From assembly GCA_015068555.1 (NCBI GenBank), contig SVKI01000001.1:21093-85092 (forward strand): a stretch of DNA of 64,000 bases. The letters run 5' to 3'. Shown one piece after another: positions 36,163-44,673 of the stretch (positions within the stretch are counted from its first letter, which is position 1; each line of letters starts with the position of its first letter). This DNA is from Oscillospiraceae bacterium. GTDB taxonomy: Bacteria > Bacillota > Clostridia > UBA1381 > UBA9506. The notes beneath the pieces were generated by a model that was given only the letters and a program-made list of their open reading frames with translations, was not told the DNA's origin and did no database searches. The translations under genes and the position numbers were made by a program.

Positions 36163-36510
36163 CTAACAGTCGCAATTTTGATTGCATCTGCTGTTACAGG
36201 ATGTGCCACATTCTGTATAGGGCATCGGGCAGCAACAGCCAGAACAATCTGTGCGGTGATTTGTCAGTTCTCTGACTTTATCTAACGCTTCATCAGCACA
36301 ATCAGCAGCACGTTTAGCCTGGCAAGCAGCTTGCTCAGCGGCTTGTGCGGCTTCTCGTGCGGCACAAGAGAGTGCTTCAGAACGATGAGCCGCTCTTTCA
36401 GCTACCTTTGCTGCTTTAGCGGCCTCGCAGGCAGCTGCTTCTGCTTCTCTTAGTGCACACTGCAGAGCGCGATTCATAGCACCGCATGCAGAACAGTTAC
36501 AACAACACAT
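36163..36510 (-). CDS. Orphan 115-aa protein: Cys-rich termini flanking an Ala/Glu-rich helical core
   Basis: RBS GGAGG 7 nt upstream, and it has its own terminator. The sequence runs MCCCNCSACG...(AEAAACEAAKAAKVAERAA...AAQAAEQAACQAKRAADCADEA)...CSGCCCPMPYTECGTSCNSRCNQNCDC. No family is recognised. Confidence 0.6.
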   Translation of the reverse strand: MCCCNCSACGAMNRALQCALREAEAAACEAAKAAKVAERAAHRSEALSCAAREAAQAAEQAACQAKRAADCADEALDKVRELTNHRTDCSGCCCPMPYTECGTSCNSRCNQNCDC

Positions 36511-36638
36511 AAAAAAACCTCCGTTTCATACTTTAAATTCTGCTGTTTATGAGGGAGGAATGCCCTCAGTTTCACTATATGCAAAGAATGATTTGGGGTG
36601 ACAATTATGTCTAAATTAATAATTTATTGTCATCAGAC

Positions 36639-36667
36639 TTGCGAAATATATAAAAATATGTTATAGT
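36639..36667 (+). promoter_or_regulatory. Sigma-A-type promoter candidate for the amidase gene
   Basis: TTGCGA (36639-36644), a 17-nt spacer, then TATAGT (36662-36667). Confidence 0.5.
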
Positions 36668-36705
36668 AAAAAATATTTTATGAAGTGTGAAAGTGATATA
36701 CGATT

Positions 36706-37386
36706 ATGATAGAAAATACATACCAGGCCATAGAGCGTGCACGTGCGGAGAGAAGACGCAAGCGACAGCAGAGAAGGAAAAGAGAATGGCTTGTTTTAAT
36801 TGGTGTTGTTATATGTTTGTTTGTTGTTTTGTTGGTGGTTTCACTCCGAAAACCGGCACAACCACCCAAAGACAATATAGACAATCCTTTGCAAATTGCC
36901 TATAACCGCACGCCGCAAAGTAGGTCAAAAAATGACATCCGCTATATTGTTATACATGATACGGCGAATAAGGAAAAAAACGCTGATGCAAAAAGCCATT
37001 ATGATTTTTTTAACAGTGGTGCCCAGGGCATGAGTGCAGATTTTTTTGTAGATGATGAAGAGATCCTGCAGGTGAATAACTACTACCAATATTACACCTG
37101 GCATTGTGGTGATGGGAGTGCGCAAAATGAAATTACAAATATGAACAGTATCGGCGTGGAGATTTGCGTCAACCGCGATGGAAATTATGAAAAAGCTGTA
37201 GATAATGCGGTGTTATTGGTTCGAAAACTGATGCACGAGCTTTCAATTGATGCTTCCTGCGTTGTGCGACATTACGATGCAAGCGGGAAGGAATGTCCCG
37301 CTTCTATGAGCGCACATGGTTGGAAGAAATGGGAGCAACTTAAAAAGAAAATTATGGAAATGCCAACACAAAGAACCGAAGAGTGA
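36706..37386 (+). CDS. Membrane-anchored N-acetylmuramoyl-L-alanine amidase (Amidase_2/PGRP type)
   Basis: A basic N-terminus is followed by a TM helix (WLVLIGVVICLFVVLLVV). The catalytic region reads IRYIVIHDTAN...WHCGDG...IGVEICVN...VVRHYDASGKECP. Confidence 0.8.
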   Translation: MIENTYQAIERARAERRRKRQQRRKREWLVLIGVVICLFVVLLVVSLRKPAQPPKDNIDNPLQIAYNRTPQSRSKNDIRYIVIHDTANKEKNADAKSHYDFFNSGAQGMSADFFVDDEEILQVNNYYQYYTWHCGDGSAQNEITNMNSIGVEICVNRDGNYEKAVDNAVLLVRKLMHELSIDASCVVRHYDASGKECPASMSAHGWKKWEQLKKKIMEMPTQRTEE

Positions 37387-37402
37387 TTTTTTATGTAAAC
37401 TC

Positions 37403-37431
37403 TTGACATTGACAGAGTTATGTTTTAAAAT
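37403..37431 (+). promoter_or_regulatory. Sigma-A promoter for citrate synthase
   Basis: TTGACA (37403-37408), a 17-nt spacer, then TAAAAT (37426-37431). Confidence 0.6.
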
Positions 37432-37457
37432 AATAAGATATAAGTAAAAACAGGCTG

Positions 37458-38822
37458 GTGATATTTTTGGAAAATAATGCAACCTTTAAAGAGGCGCTTG
37501 AACATTATCGTGATGTCGTTTTGGACAACACGAAAATTGCGCCCGAATCATATAATAACTATAAGGTTAAGCGGGGCCTTCGTAACAGTGATGGTACAGG
37601 TGTTTTGGCCGGCTTGACGAATATTGGTAACGTACATGGTTATGTGTTATCAGAAGACGAGAAAACAGCAGATGAGGGCCGCTTGCGTTATCGTGGTATC
37701 AATGTAGCTGATATAGTGGCTGATTGCGAGAAGGACAAACGCTTTGGCTACGAAGAAGTTTGTTATTTGATTTTGTTCGGCAAACTTCCAACTAAAGATG
37801 AACTGAAAAAGTTTAACGAATTAATGGGAAGCCTGCGCCCCGTTCCTTATAACTTCCGTGAAGATGTGATTATGAAAAATCCCAGTCCGGATATTATGAA
37901 TAAGCTGGCGCGTGCGGTTCTTTCTACCTATTCATTTGACCCTGACCCGGATAACACCGGTCTTTTAAACATCATTCGTCAGTCCATGCTGCTTGTGGCA
38001 CGCGTGCCGACCATGGTGGCCTATGCCTACCAGGCAAAACTGCATTATTATGATTCAAAAAGCTTATATATTCACCATCCTCAGGCAGAACTCAGCACGG
38101 CGGAGAACTTTTTATATATGATTCGTCCGGATAATCGGTATACTAAAATAGAAGCTGAGATTCTGGATCTGGCGCTGATTTTGCATGCAGAACATGGTGG
38201 CGGTAATAACTCTGCCTTTACGACGCGAGTTGTATCTTCTTCCGGTAGTGATACCTATTCTGCAATCGCTGCGGCAATCGGCTCCTTAAAAGGACCCAGA
38301 CACGGCGGCGCCAATAAAAAGGTTATGGGCATGATTGATGATTTTAAAGAGCATATTGAGGATATCACCGATCCTGATCAGGTTGCTGCGCATATTGAAA
38401 AAACTTTGCGCAAGGAAACCTATGATGGTTCCGGTCTTGTGTATGGTATGGGCCATGCTATTTACACATTATCAGACCCTCGTGCTGTGATGCTTAAGAA
38501 AAAGGCAGAAGAACTTGCCAAAATTACCGGTAATGAAGATGAATTCAAGTTATATAGTTTGATAGAAGAGCTCACGCCGGATATCTTCCACAGAATGCGC
38601 GGGCCGAAAGATATGTGCGCCAATGTTGACCTGTATTCCGGCTTTGTGTATAAAATGCTGAACATTCCGGAAGAATTATACACCCCCATGTTTGCTATTG
38701 CTCGTATGGCGGGGTGGTGTGCACATCGAATAGAGGAAGTCACCTATGGCGGTCGTATTATCAGACCGGCCTACAAAAGCGTTTGTAAAAAGCGGGAGTA
38801 CATTCCCTTTGCTGAAAGATAA
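37458..38822 (+). CDS. Citrate synthase (citrate/2-methylcitrate synthase family)
   Basis: HAEHGGGNNSAFTTRVVSS, GSLKGPRHGGANKKV and YGMGHAIY motifs. The start codon is uncertain (GTG 37458 or TTG 37467). Confidence 0.85.
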   Translation: MIFLENNATFKEALEHYRDVVLDNTKIAPESYNNYKVKRGLRNSDGTGVLAGLTNIGNVHGYVLSEDEKTADEGRLRYRGINVADIVADCEKDKRFGYEEVCYLILFGKLPTKDELKKFNELMGSLRPVPYNFREDVIMKNPSPDIMNKLARAVLSTYSFDPDPDNTGLLNIIRQSMLLVARVPTMVAYAYQAKLHYYDSKSLYIHHPQAELSTAENFLYMIRPDNRYTKIEAEILDLALILHAEHGGGNNSAFTTRVVSSSGSDTYSAIAAAIGSLKGPRHGGANKKVMGMIDDFKEHIEDITDPDQVAAHIEKTLRKETYDGSGLVYGMGHAIYTLSDPRAVMLKKKAEELAKITGNEDEFKLYSLIEELTPDIFHRMRGPKDMCANVDLYSGFVYKMLNIPEELYTPMFAIARMAGWCAHRIEEVTYGGRIIRPAYKSVCKKREYIPFAER

Positions 38823-38873
38823 AAGGGAAAAATACACCTTCTTTTGCGTCTATTCCTAACATATAATAAATAT

Positions 38874-38905
38874 CCACCCGCATAGCGGGTGGTATTTCAT
38901 TTTCG
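38874..38905 (+). terminator. Intrinsic terminator after citrate synthase
   Basis: CCACCCGC-ata-GCGGGTGG followed by TATTTCATTTT. Confidence 0.65.
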
Positions 38906-39100
38906 GGCATAGCCCTACCCTTTACTGGCTGCGCACAAGTGCGCTTTTTATTGGCCTGCCAGCCACGCAAATATTATTTGCTACCCATAAATGGGTTATC
39001 TTTTCGCAGGCTTCTCCTTGAGGAGAGGCTCCGTCGCAGACGGTGGTGAGGTGTAGATTGCGAATACAATCGTTAGCCGTTTATTACCACACCACCTCAT

Positions 39101-39150
39101 CCGAGTTTTGCTACGCAAAACCCACCTTCCCCTCCCACAGGGGAAGGCTT
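39101..39150. repeat. Two-hairpin intergenic module shared with 22511-22557
   Basis: CCGA-GTTTTGC-tac-GCAAAAC-CCACCTTCCCCTCCCACAGGGGAAGGCT here, versus CCGA-CAAAACC-tat-GGTTTTG-CCACCTTCCCTTACACAGGGAAGGCT at 22511-22557, in the same orientation. Confidence 0.6.
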
Positions 39151-39284
39151 TTCGACAACATGCGTTTAAACAAAAGCTTTCATATTTTAACAAACTTTTA
39201 ATTTATAAATTACATCTAATTTGTTTTCTGTTCATCGGTTAACCTTTACCGAACCACGCGACTATCGCGTGGTATTCTGTATAC

Positions 39285-39320
39285 AAAAAGAGCAGTTGCT
39301 TTAAGCAACTGCTCTTTTTA
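39285..39320. terminator. Bidirectional terminator hairpin downstream of the yhcH-like gene
   Basis: AAAAAGAGCAGTTGC-tttaa-GCAACTGCTCTTTTT. Confidence 0.75.
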
Positions 39321-39329
39321 TATTAAACA

Positions 39330-39785
39330 TTAGATAAGAACCTTGAAAACGATTTTTACAACGGGAGCTGATTCACCGTATTTAAGACCCGGCTTGTGTA
39401 GGTCTTCAGGATACAAAATAGCAAATGTGCCGGCCTCTAAAATAGCGTCTGTTGCATTAGGTCCCGGATATACATAGCAATCACCGTCTTCGTTATAGGT
39501 TTGGTCTGCGGGCAGATGATTAATGGAGTCCCAGCTCATGATTTCAGTGCCTTCAAAAACGAACTGAATATCAATGTATTTTTTATGAGCTTCCCATTTG
39601 CCTGCTTCAACTTCTTTTGTGTTGTAGTGCTGAACCATATAGAATAATTTGTTGCCGTCAAGCTCATGGCGGCCGGTTTCGGCTACATCTTCCTTCGTCA
39701 GCTTCTTTAAGCAATCAAAAGCTACTTTAAAGCCGGGGTGGAGTGATTCGTAGCGTGCGCTGTTTTGTAAGATGTCGATAATCAC
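39330..39785 (-). CDS. YhcH/YjgK/YiaL (DUF386, NanQ-like cupin) family protein
   Basis: MIIDILQNSARYESLHPGFKVAFDCL..., IDIQFVFEGTE and FAILYPEDLHKP are typical of this family. Confidence 0.75.
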   Translation of the reverse strand: MIIDILQNSARYESLHPGFKVAFDCLKKLTKEDVAETGRHELDGNKLFYMVQHYNTKEVEAGKWEAHKKYIDIQFVFEGTEIMSWDSINHLPADQTYNEDGDCYVYPGPNATDAILEAGTFAILYPEDLHKPGLKYGESAPVVKIVFKVLI

Positions 39786-39821
39786 TGTGACACATTCCTT
39801 TCTTTTATGTAATTTAAAAAA

Positions 39822-41006
39822 CTATTTAATTTCATGTCCGCCGTCTTCAATACTGGAAAGATAGAAGGAGGCTTCGTAACCGATTTTTTCTTTGTAGGCT
39901 TTTCCAACGGCATCAATGATAGATTGGCAGGCCTCTGTTTTAGCCAAAGTTACAGTACATCCGCCAAAACCGGCGCCGGTCATGCGGGAACCGATTACAC
40001 CATCAATTTTGCGCGTTTCGGCCACTAAGGTATCCAGCTCAATGCCGGTTACCTCGTAGTCATCACGCAAACTATCATGCGAGGCGTTCATTAAGGCGCC
40101 AAAGGTTTCCATATCGCCTGCCTTTAACGCTGCAATACTTTGCAACACGCGGGCATTTTCATACACAACATGCTTCGCACGTCGGCAAACAACTTCGCTC
40201 TTAATCACCTGCTTGTTTGCCTCGAAATCCTCGACCGAGATATCGGTCAGATTTTGCATGTCAGGGAAGACGGATTGCAATTCTTTTACAGCCTCTTCAC
40301 ACTCAGCGCGTCGTTCATTATATTTAGAATCAGCCAAACCACGCTTTTTGTTGGTGTTGGCAACCAGCAGAGAATAGCCGTTCATCTGCAGGGGTATCAA
40401 ATCATAATCAAGCGTACTGCACTGCAGGAAAATGGCGTGATTCTGTTTGCCCATAGCTGAGGCAAATTGATCCATAATACCACAATTTACACCGATGTAA
40501 TGGTTCTCGGCACGCTGGCCGATTAAGGCCATGTCTACCATGTTAACGGGCTCGTTGATGCCTTTTTCTTCGTTAGATAAGGTGGCAAAGGCCAAAGCTG
40601 TTGCAACTTCAATTGCGGCAGAGGAGGAAAGACCGCCACCGTGAGGGATAGTATCATCATAGAGCATATCACATCCCACTAAGATATGGCCATCTTTTTG
40701 CAACTCGTCCATAATGCCAACCTGGTAGTTACCCCAGAAGAGATCTTTATAACCGGAAAGGTCTTCCAAATCTACGGTTACCATATCCGGCAGGTCGGTG
40801 GCCTTCATGCGTACAATTTTATCTGTTCGTTTGCGCAGCGCAATTGTGGTGCCCATAGAAAGCGCAGCCGGGAACACATATCCGCCGTTATAGTCGGTGT
40901 GTTCGCCAATTAAATTAACACGGCCGGGAGAGTGGAACAAACGAATCTCTCCGCCTTCACCATAGAGCTCGCAAAATGTGCGAATCAGTTCATTATTTGT
41001 CATCAT
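39822..41006 (-). CDS. galK: Galactokinase
   Basis: GRVNLIGEHTDYNGGYVFP and GGGLSSSAA (GHMP kinase) motifs. Confidence 0.95.
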   Translation of the reverse strand: MMTNNELIRTFCELYGEGGEIRLFHSPGRVNLIGEHTDYNGGYVFPAALSMGTTIALRKRTDKIVRMKATDLPDMVTVDLEDLSGYKDLFWGNYQVGIMDELQKDGHILVGCDMLYDDTIPHGGGLSSSAAIEVATALAFATLSNEEKGINEPVNMVDMALIGQRAENHYIGVNCGIMDQFASAMGKQNHAIFLQCSTLDYDLIPLQMNGYSLLVANTNKKRGLADSKYNERRAECEEAVKELQSVFPDMQNLTDISVEDFEANKQVIKSEVVCRRAKHVVYENARVLQSIAALKAGDMETFGALMNASHDSLRDDYEVTGIELDTLVAETRKIDGVIGSRMTGAGFGGCTVTLAKTEACQSIIDAVGKAYKEKIGYEASFYLSSIEDGGHEIK

Positions 41007-41353
41007 GATTGCTCCTTGCTTTTATATTTTTCGTAAGCGGCACGCAGTTCTTCAGCTAGCATGTCGCAGATGAGACAATGCTTTGTTTCTTCATAGTGCT
41101 CACGGCAGGAGGCAAGCTCAAGCTCTAATTTTTTAGGAATGAAGGAGTAACCGTAAATCTGCCCGTGCGGATGGGGCATAGTAACGCCGACAACCTCGCC
41201 ACGGTTCTCAAAAATAAAGACGTATTTAATCTTTTCGTCTTTACGGATGTCGTTGAACCGGTCAGTCCATCAATCCACAATCTTGCGGATATGGGGAACG
41301 GACAAATCAGATAAGGTAGCTGTATGGTCGGGTGAGTATAACACAACCTCTGT
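41003..41353 (-). pseudogene. galT: Internal fragment of galactose-1-phosphate uridylyltransferase (galT) with an in-frame stop
   Basis: The minus-strand translation is TEVVLYSPDHTATLSDLSVPHIRKIVD*WTDRF...IKYVFIFENRGEVVGVTMPHPHGQIYGYSFIPK...CLICDM. It matches only roughly residues 105-210 of class-I GalT, including the HPHGQ active site. A TGA at 41272-41270 sits where Leu is expected. The N-terminal ~100 aa and C-terminal ~140 aa are absent. Confidence 0.85.
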
Positions 41354-41354
41354 A

Positions 41355-41726
41355 TTAGTGATGCTCAGCCTGAAAATAGTTTTCGAGCGAGAGTACATAT
41401 TCATTATCTTCCTTTTTAAAGCGCAACCGAATATAGAGCGCATCAAGGGCGGGATTGCTCCCGTAAATGGTTTTCATACCGCGCAAATCGGCCATGTTTA
41501 ACAGGGATTTTGCAAGACCGTGCATAAGCATATCAGAGCCGTCTTCAACATGGATAAAGTTCATGTAAACTTTATAGCCAACAAGGGAAAGGCTACCTAA
41601 ACCGAGAGTTTTGTCGCCTTCTGTCATGGCCATAACCTGTTCGTTTGTTATATCGTGCGTGATGCCGTGCGCGTTAAGATACGCGATAGCATCAGATGTA
41701 TTTTCAATTTTTTTTATGGTCAGCAT
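41355..41726 (-). CDS. Hypothetical 123-aa protein (possible minimal GNAT-like fold)
   Basis: The ORF overlaps the rluB stop by 23 nt. The segment YMNFIHVEDGSDMLMHGLAKSLLNMADLRGMKTIY loosely resembles an acetyltransferase core, but no clear CoA-binding motif is present. Confidence 0.35.
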   Translation of the reverse strand: MLTIKKIENTSDAIAYLNAHGITHDITNEQVMAMTEGDKTLGLGSLSLVGYKVYMNFIHVEDGSDMLMHGLAKSLLNMADLRGMKTIYGSNPALDALYIRLRFKKEDNEYVLSLENYFQAEHH

Positions 41727-42447
41727 GTAGCTTTCCTCCTAATGTGCGCACTTCATCGGCGGTTAAATGGCGGAAACTGCCGACGGGGAGATCGCCCAAA
41801 CGGAGTGAACCTTCGGCAATTCGACGCAGAAACACAACCGGATGACCAATGGCATTACACATCTTTCTCACCTGCCGGTTGCGGCCTTCGTGAATGGTGA
41901 TGGCCAAAACCGTACTCGTTTCGTTTTTATGTTTAACAAGCACCTGGGCGGGGTGTGTTTTCCTTCCATCCACCAACACCCCTGTGCGTAGTTGCTTAAG
42001 CGCACGATCATCAGGCACACCGCGCACCTTGGCTAAATAGGTTTTGGAAACCTCGTGGCTGGGATGCGTCAAACGTTGGGTAAAGTCGCCGTCGTTCGTC
42101 AGCAGAAGAAGACCTTCCGTATCATAGTCGAGACGCCCGATAGGGTAAATACGGCCTAATTCTGCGGGCAGTAAATCCATAACAGTCGGTCGGCCCTGTT
42201 CATCATGCACAGTGGTGATATAGCCCCGTGGCTTGTTGAGCATAATATATACATGCTGCGTTTGCAGAAAGACAGGCTTTCCGTCAACCGTAACAGCATC
42301 TTGTTCCGGGTCAATTTTTATGCCGAGCGTACTTACCACCGCGTCATTAACTGTAACCCGACCGGAGGAGATAATTTCCTCGGCGGCGCGCCGGGATGTG
42401 ATGCCGCACAGTGCCAAAAATTTTTGTAAACGCATTGGTTCTGCCAT
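41704..42447 (-). CDS. rluB: Pseudouridine synthase, RsuA/RluB family (S4 domain plus catalytic domain)
   Basis: The S4 motif reads RLQKFLALCGITSRRAAEEII, and the catalytic motif reads GRLDYDTEGLLLLTNDG. Confidence 0.85.
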   Translation of the reverse strand: MAEPMRLQKFLALCGITSRRAAEEIISSGRVTVNDAVVSTLGIKIDPEQDAVTVDGKPVFLQTQHVYIMLNKPRGYITTVHDEQGRPTVMDLLPAELGRIYPIGRLDYDTEGLLLLTNDGDFTQRLTHPSHEVSKTYLAKVRGVPDDRALKQLRTGVLVDGRKTHPAQVLVKHKNETSTVLAITIHEGRNRQVRKMCNAIGHPVVFLRRIAEGSLRLGDLPVGSFRHLTADEVRTLGGKLHADHKKN

Positions 42448-42585
42448 AGCGACTCCTTTTATCTATATACTGGCAATTATTACGTCTATATTATATCGCA
42501 TCAGAAAGCTATTTTCAACTGATTTCCATGTTTTTTTTGAACTTTTTTCATGGCAAAATGTAAAAAAACAGGTCAGGAGGGCAGC

Positions 42586-43710
42586 TTATGAAAAAAAGGA
42601 TAAAAAATTTCTGAATATTTCCCAAAATCCAGGTTTTATGGGCTCTCGATAGCGAGTATCAACGGCGGAAACGAGAGGAATTTCTGCTAATAGCTGTTTA
42701 TCATAAAGGACTTTGACAGTACCAATTTGTGCACCTTTTGACATAGGTGCCGGAACATTTGACGGAAGCTTGTAGATAAGCGTCAGCTTTTGTTGTTCCT
42801 GCTCGTCTAATGAGATAAAAAAATCTTGGGTGGGTACAAGCTCTGCCGTTTGGCAATCTCCGTTTTTAACCGGTATGCTTTTTATGGGCATATCCTTTAT
42901 CAGCAAGGGTTTTGCCTGTCGGTTACTGAAGCCATAGTCTAAAAGCCTTGTGTGGTCGTTCCAATCATCCGGTGCTTGCAGGGTGACGCAAATTAAAGAG
43001 ACGTGATTTTTTGTGGCAGAAGAGACCAAACAGCGTCCAGTTTTTTTAGTAAAGCCGGTTTTAACGCCGGTGCAGCCCGTGTACATAGAAAGCATTTTAT
43101 TATGATTAAAAAAGCTGCGCACAGTTGAACCATTTGTGCCTTCGGTGGTTTTTCGTTTAGTGGAAACAATTTCACGAAAGAGGTCATTTTGCATAGCATG
43201 CCTTGTGATAAGAGCCAGGTTATAGGCTGTTGTAAAGTGGCCTTCAGCGTCAAGACCGTTTGGATTTTTAAAACCTGTTTGTGTGGCACCAATTTCGTGG
43301 GCGCGTTTTGTCATCATATCGGCAAAGGTTTCTACATCGCCGCCTATATGTTCAGCAATGGCAACGGCGGCATCGTTGCCGGATTCTAACATAAGACCGT
43401 ACAAAAGGTCACCCATAGGCAGCTTTTCTCCGCTTTTTAAGTAGATGCTGGAGCCCTCTGTTCCGGCGGCGTTGGGGCTGACGGTGACAAGATCTTCAGG
43501 TCTACTGTTTTCAATGGCTAAAAGTGCAGTCATAATTTTGGTTGTACTGGCCATGGAATGTGTTTCGTGGGCATTTTTTTCATACACGATTTGTCCGGTT
43601 TGCATATCAATGACACAGGCGTATTTTGCCGAAACAGACAGGGCATGAGCGCAGAGCGGCATCGCATGCAGTAGGCAAAAAACAAGCAGAAGAGAAAGCA
43701 TTTTTTTCAT
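42586..43710 (-). CDS. D-alanyl-D-alanine carboxypeptidase (PBP5-type serine peptidase)
   Basis: A signal peptide is present, along with SxxK (SMASTTK), SGN (ESGNDAA) and KTG (VKTGFT) motifs. Confidence 0.9.
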   Translation of the reverse strand: MKKMLSLLLVFCLLHAMPLCAHALSVSAKYACVIDMQTGQIVYEKNAHETHSMASTTKIMTALLAIENSRPEDLVTVSPNAAGTEGSSIYLKSGEKLPMGDLLYGLMLESGNDAAVAIAEHIGGDVETFADMMTKRAHEIGATQTGFKNPNGLDAEGHFTTAYNLALITRHAMQNDLFREIVSTKRKTTEGTNGSTVRSFFNHNKMLSMYTGCTGVKTGFTKKTGRCLVSSATKNHVSLICVTLQAPDDWNDHTRLLDYGFSNRQAKPLLIKDMPIKSIPVKNGDCQTAELVPTQDFFISLDEQEQQKLTLIYKLPSNVPAPMSKGAQIGTVKVLYDKQLLAEIPLVSAVDTRYREPIKPGFWEIFRNFLSFFS

Positions 43711-43857
43711 AATGGGTATCTCCTTTGGACTTTTTACCTTTCTACTATATGAAATTTTGCATAGGAAAATGAAAATTTATGTTTAAGGCAGGGTAAATGA
43801 GGGTATAAAGAGAGTAGAGAGATACTTTCTCTAATACACAGTTGAGGAGTGGTACAT

Positions 43858-44394
43858 ATGAAAATCACAATGACCGGTAAACAGATTGAATTAACAGAGG
43901 GCTTAAAGAGTCGTATCAACGATCGCTTTAAAAAGCTGGATCGCTATTTTTCAAAAGAGCCCGAAGCAATTGTGACACTCTCTGTTCAGCGAGAAAAACA
44001 AGTTGTGGAAGCTACTATTTATTCCGGCAGCCTGATTGTCAGAGTGGAAGAAGCAACAGAAGATATGTATGTGAGCATTGACAACGCCGTTGATATTTTA
44101 GAGCGTCAGCTCAGAAAACATAAAACCAGAATAGAGAAAAAATTAAAGAAGGAAACGTTTGAAGCAGCAGCCTTAGAGCAGATTCCATACGGCGAAGCCG
44201 TGGAGGAGGAAACAGAGTTTAAAATCGTCAGAAGAAAGAAGTTCACCAACAAACCTATGAGTGCTGAAGAAGCCATCCTGCAAATGAATTTGTTAGGCCA
44301 TCAGTTCTATTTATTTAATAACGATGAAACAGGCGAACCCAACTTGGTTTACAAAAGAAAAACAGGCGATTACGGTTTGATTGAGTTGGTATAA
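43858..44394 (+). CDS. hpf: Ribosome hibernation promoting factor (long HPF)
   Basis: ATG at 43858 lies 8 nt after GAGGAG. It starts MKITMTGKQIELTEGLK and has the C-terminal dimerisation domain FYLFNNDETGEPNLVYKRKTGDYGLIE. Confidence 0.9.
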   Translation: MKITMTGKQIELTEGLKSRINDRFKKLDRYFSKEPEAIVTLSVQREKQVVEATIYSGSLIVRVEEATEDMYVSIDNAVDILERQLRKHKTRIEKKLKKETFEAAALEQIPYGEAVEEETEFKIVRRKKFTNKPMSAEEAILQMNLLGHQFYLFNNDETGEPNLVYKRKTGDYGLIELV

Positions 44395-44395
44395 C

Positions 44396-44436
44396 AAAAA
44401 AGAGCGGTGTAAACTAAGTTTACACCGCTCTTTTTC
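44396..44436. terminator. Bidirectional terminator between hpf and the ytxH-like gene
   Basis: AAAAAAGAGCGGTGTAAAC-taa-GTTTACACCGCTCTTTTT. Confidence 0.85.
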
Positions 44437-44605
44437 AATGGGCCATTGTTTCTAAGACGGCCCCAATCGTTTTAAACATAGAATTTGCGCCTTTGTATAG
44501 CTTTTTTCTCTGTTTGTCGCTGATAGGGTCAACAACTAAGGTTAAAGCCGAGCCGACTATGGCACCTGCAATCATACCACCAACAAAGCTCATTTTCATT
44601 TTCAT
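44435..44605 (-). CDS. YtxH-like small membrane/stress protein
   Basis: MKMKMSFVGGMIAGAIVGSALTLVVDPISDKQRKKL. The start is taken at the ATG after the RBS GGAAAGGTGG. Confidence 0.55.
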   Translation of the reverse strand: MKMKMSFVGGMIAGAIVGSALTLVVDPISDKQRKKLYKGANSMFKTIGAVLETMAH

Positions 44606-44673
44606 GCGCCACCTTTCCAATCATGATTTGTTTATCTATAGTATGTGGCGCTTTGTAAAAATTATACGGCTTC

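Noticed and set aside
36163-36510. The Cys-rich ORF as a RiPP (sactipeptide, ranthipeptide or lanthipeptide) precursor.
   Set aside because: No radical-SAM, LanM/LanB/C, protease or exporter genes are adjacent. The long Ala-rich helical core is unlike a leader-plus-core peptide layout.
38996-39193. The 65-aa minus-strand ORF in the citrate synthase / yhcH-like intergenic region.
   Set aside because: It is a translation of hairpin-rich repeat DNA that includes the shared CCACCTTCCCC...GGGGAAGG module. It has no RBS and a low-complexity Arg/Cys/Trp-rich product.
41125-41346. The 73-aa track ORF on the minus strand upstream of galK.
   Set aside because: It is in the wrong frame. The adjacent frame gives an unmistakable GalT fragment (HPHGQIY), so the region is called a pseudogene instead.
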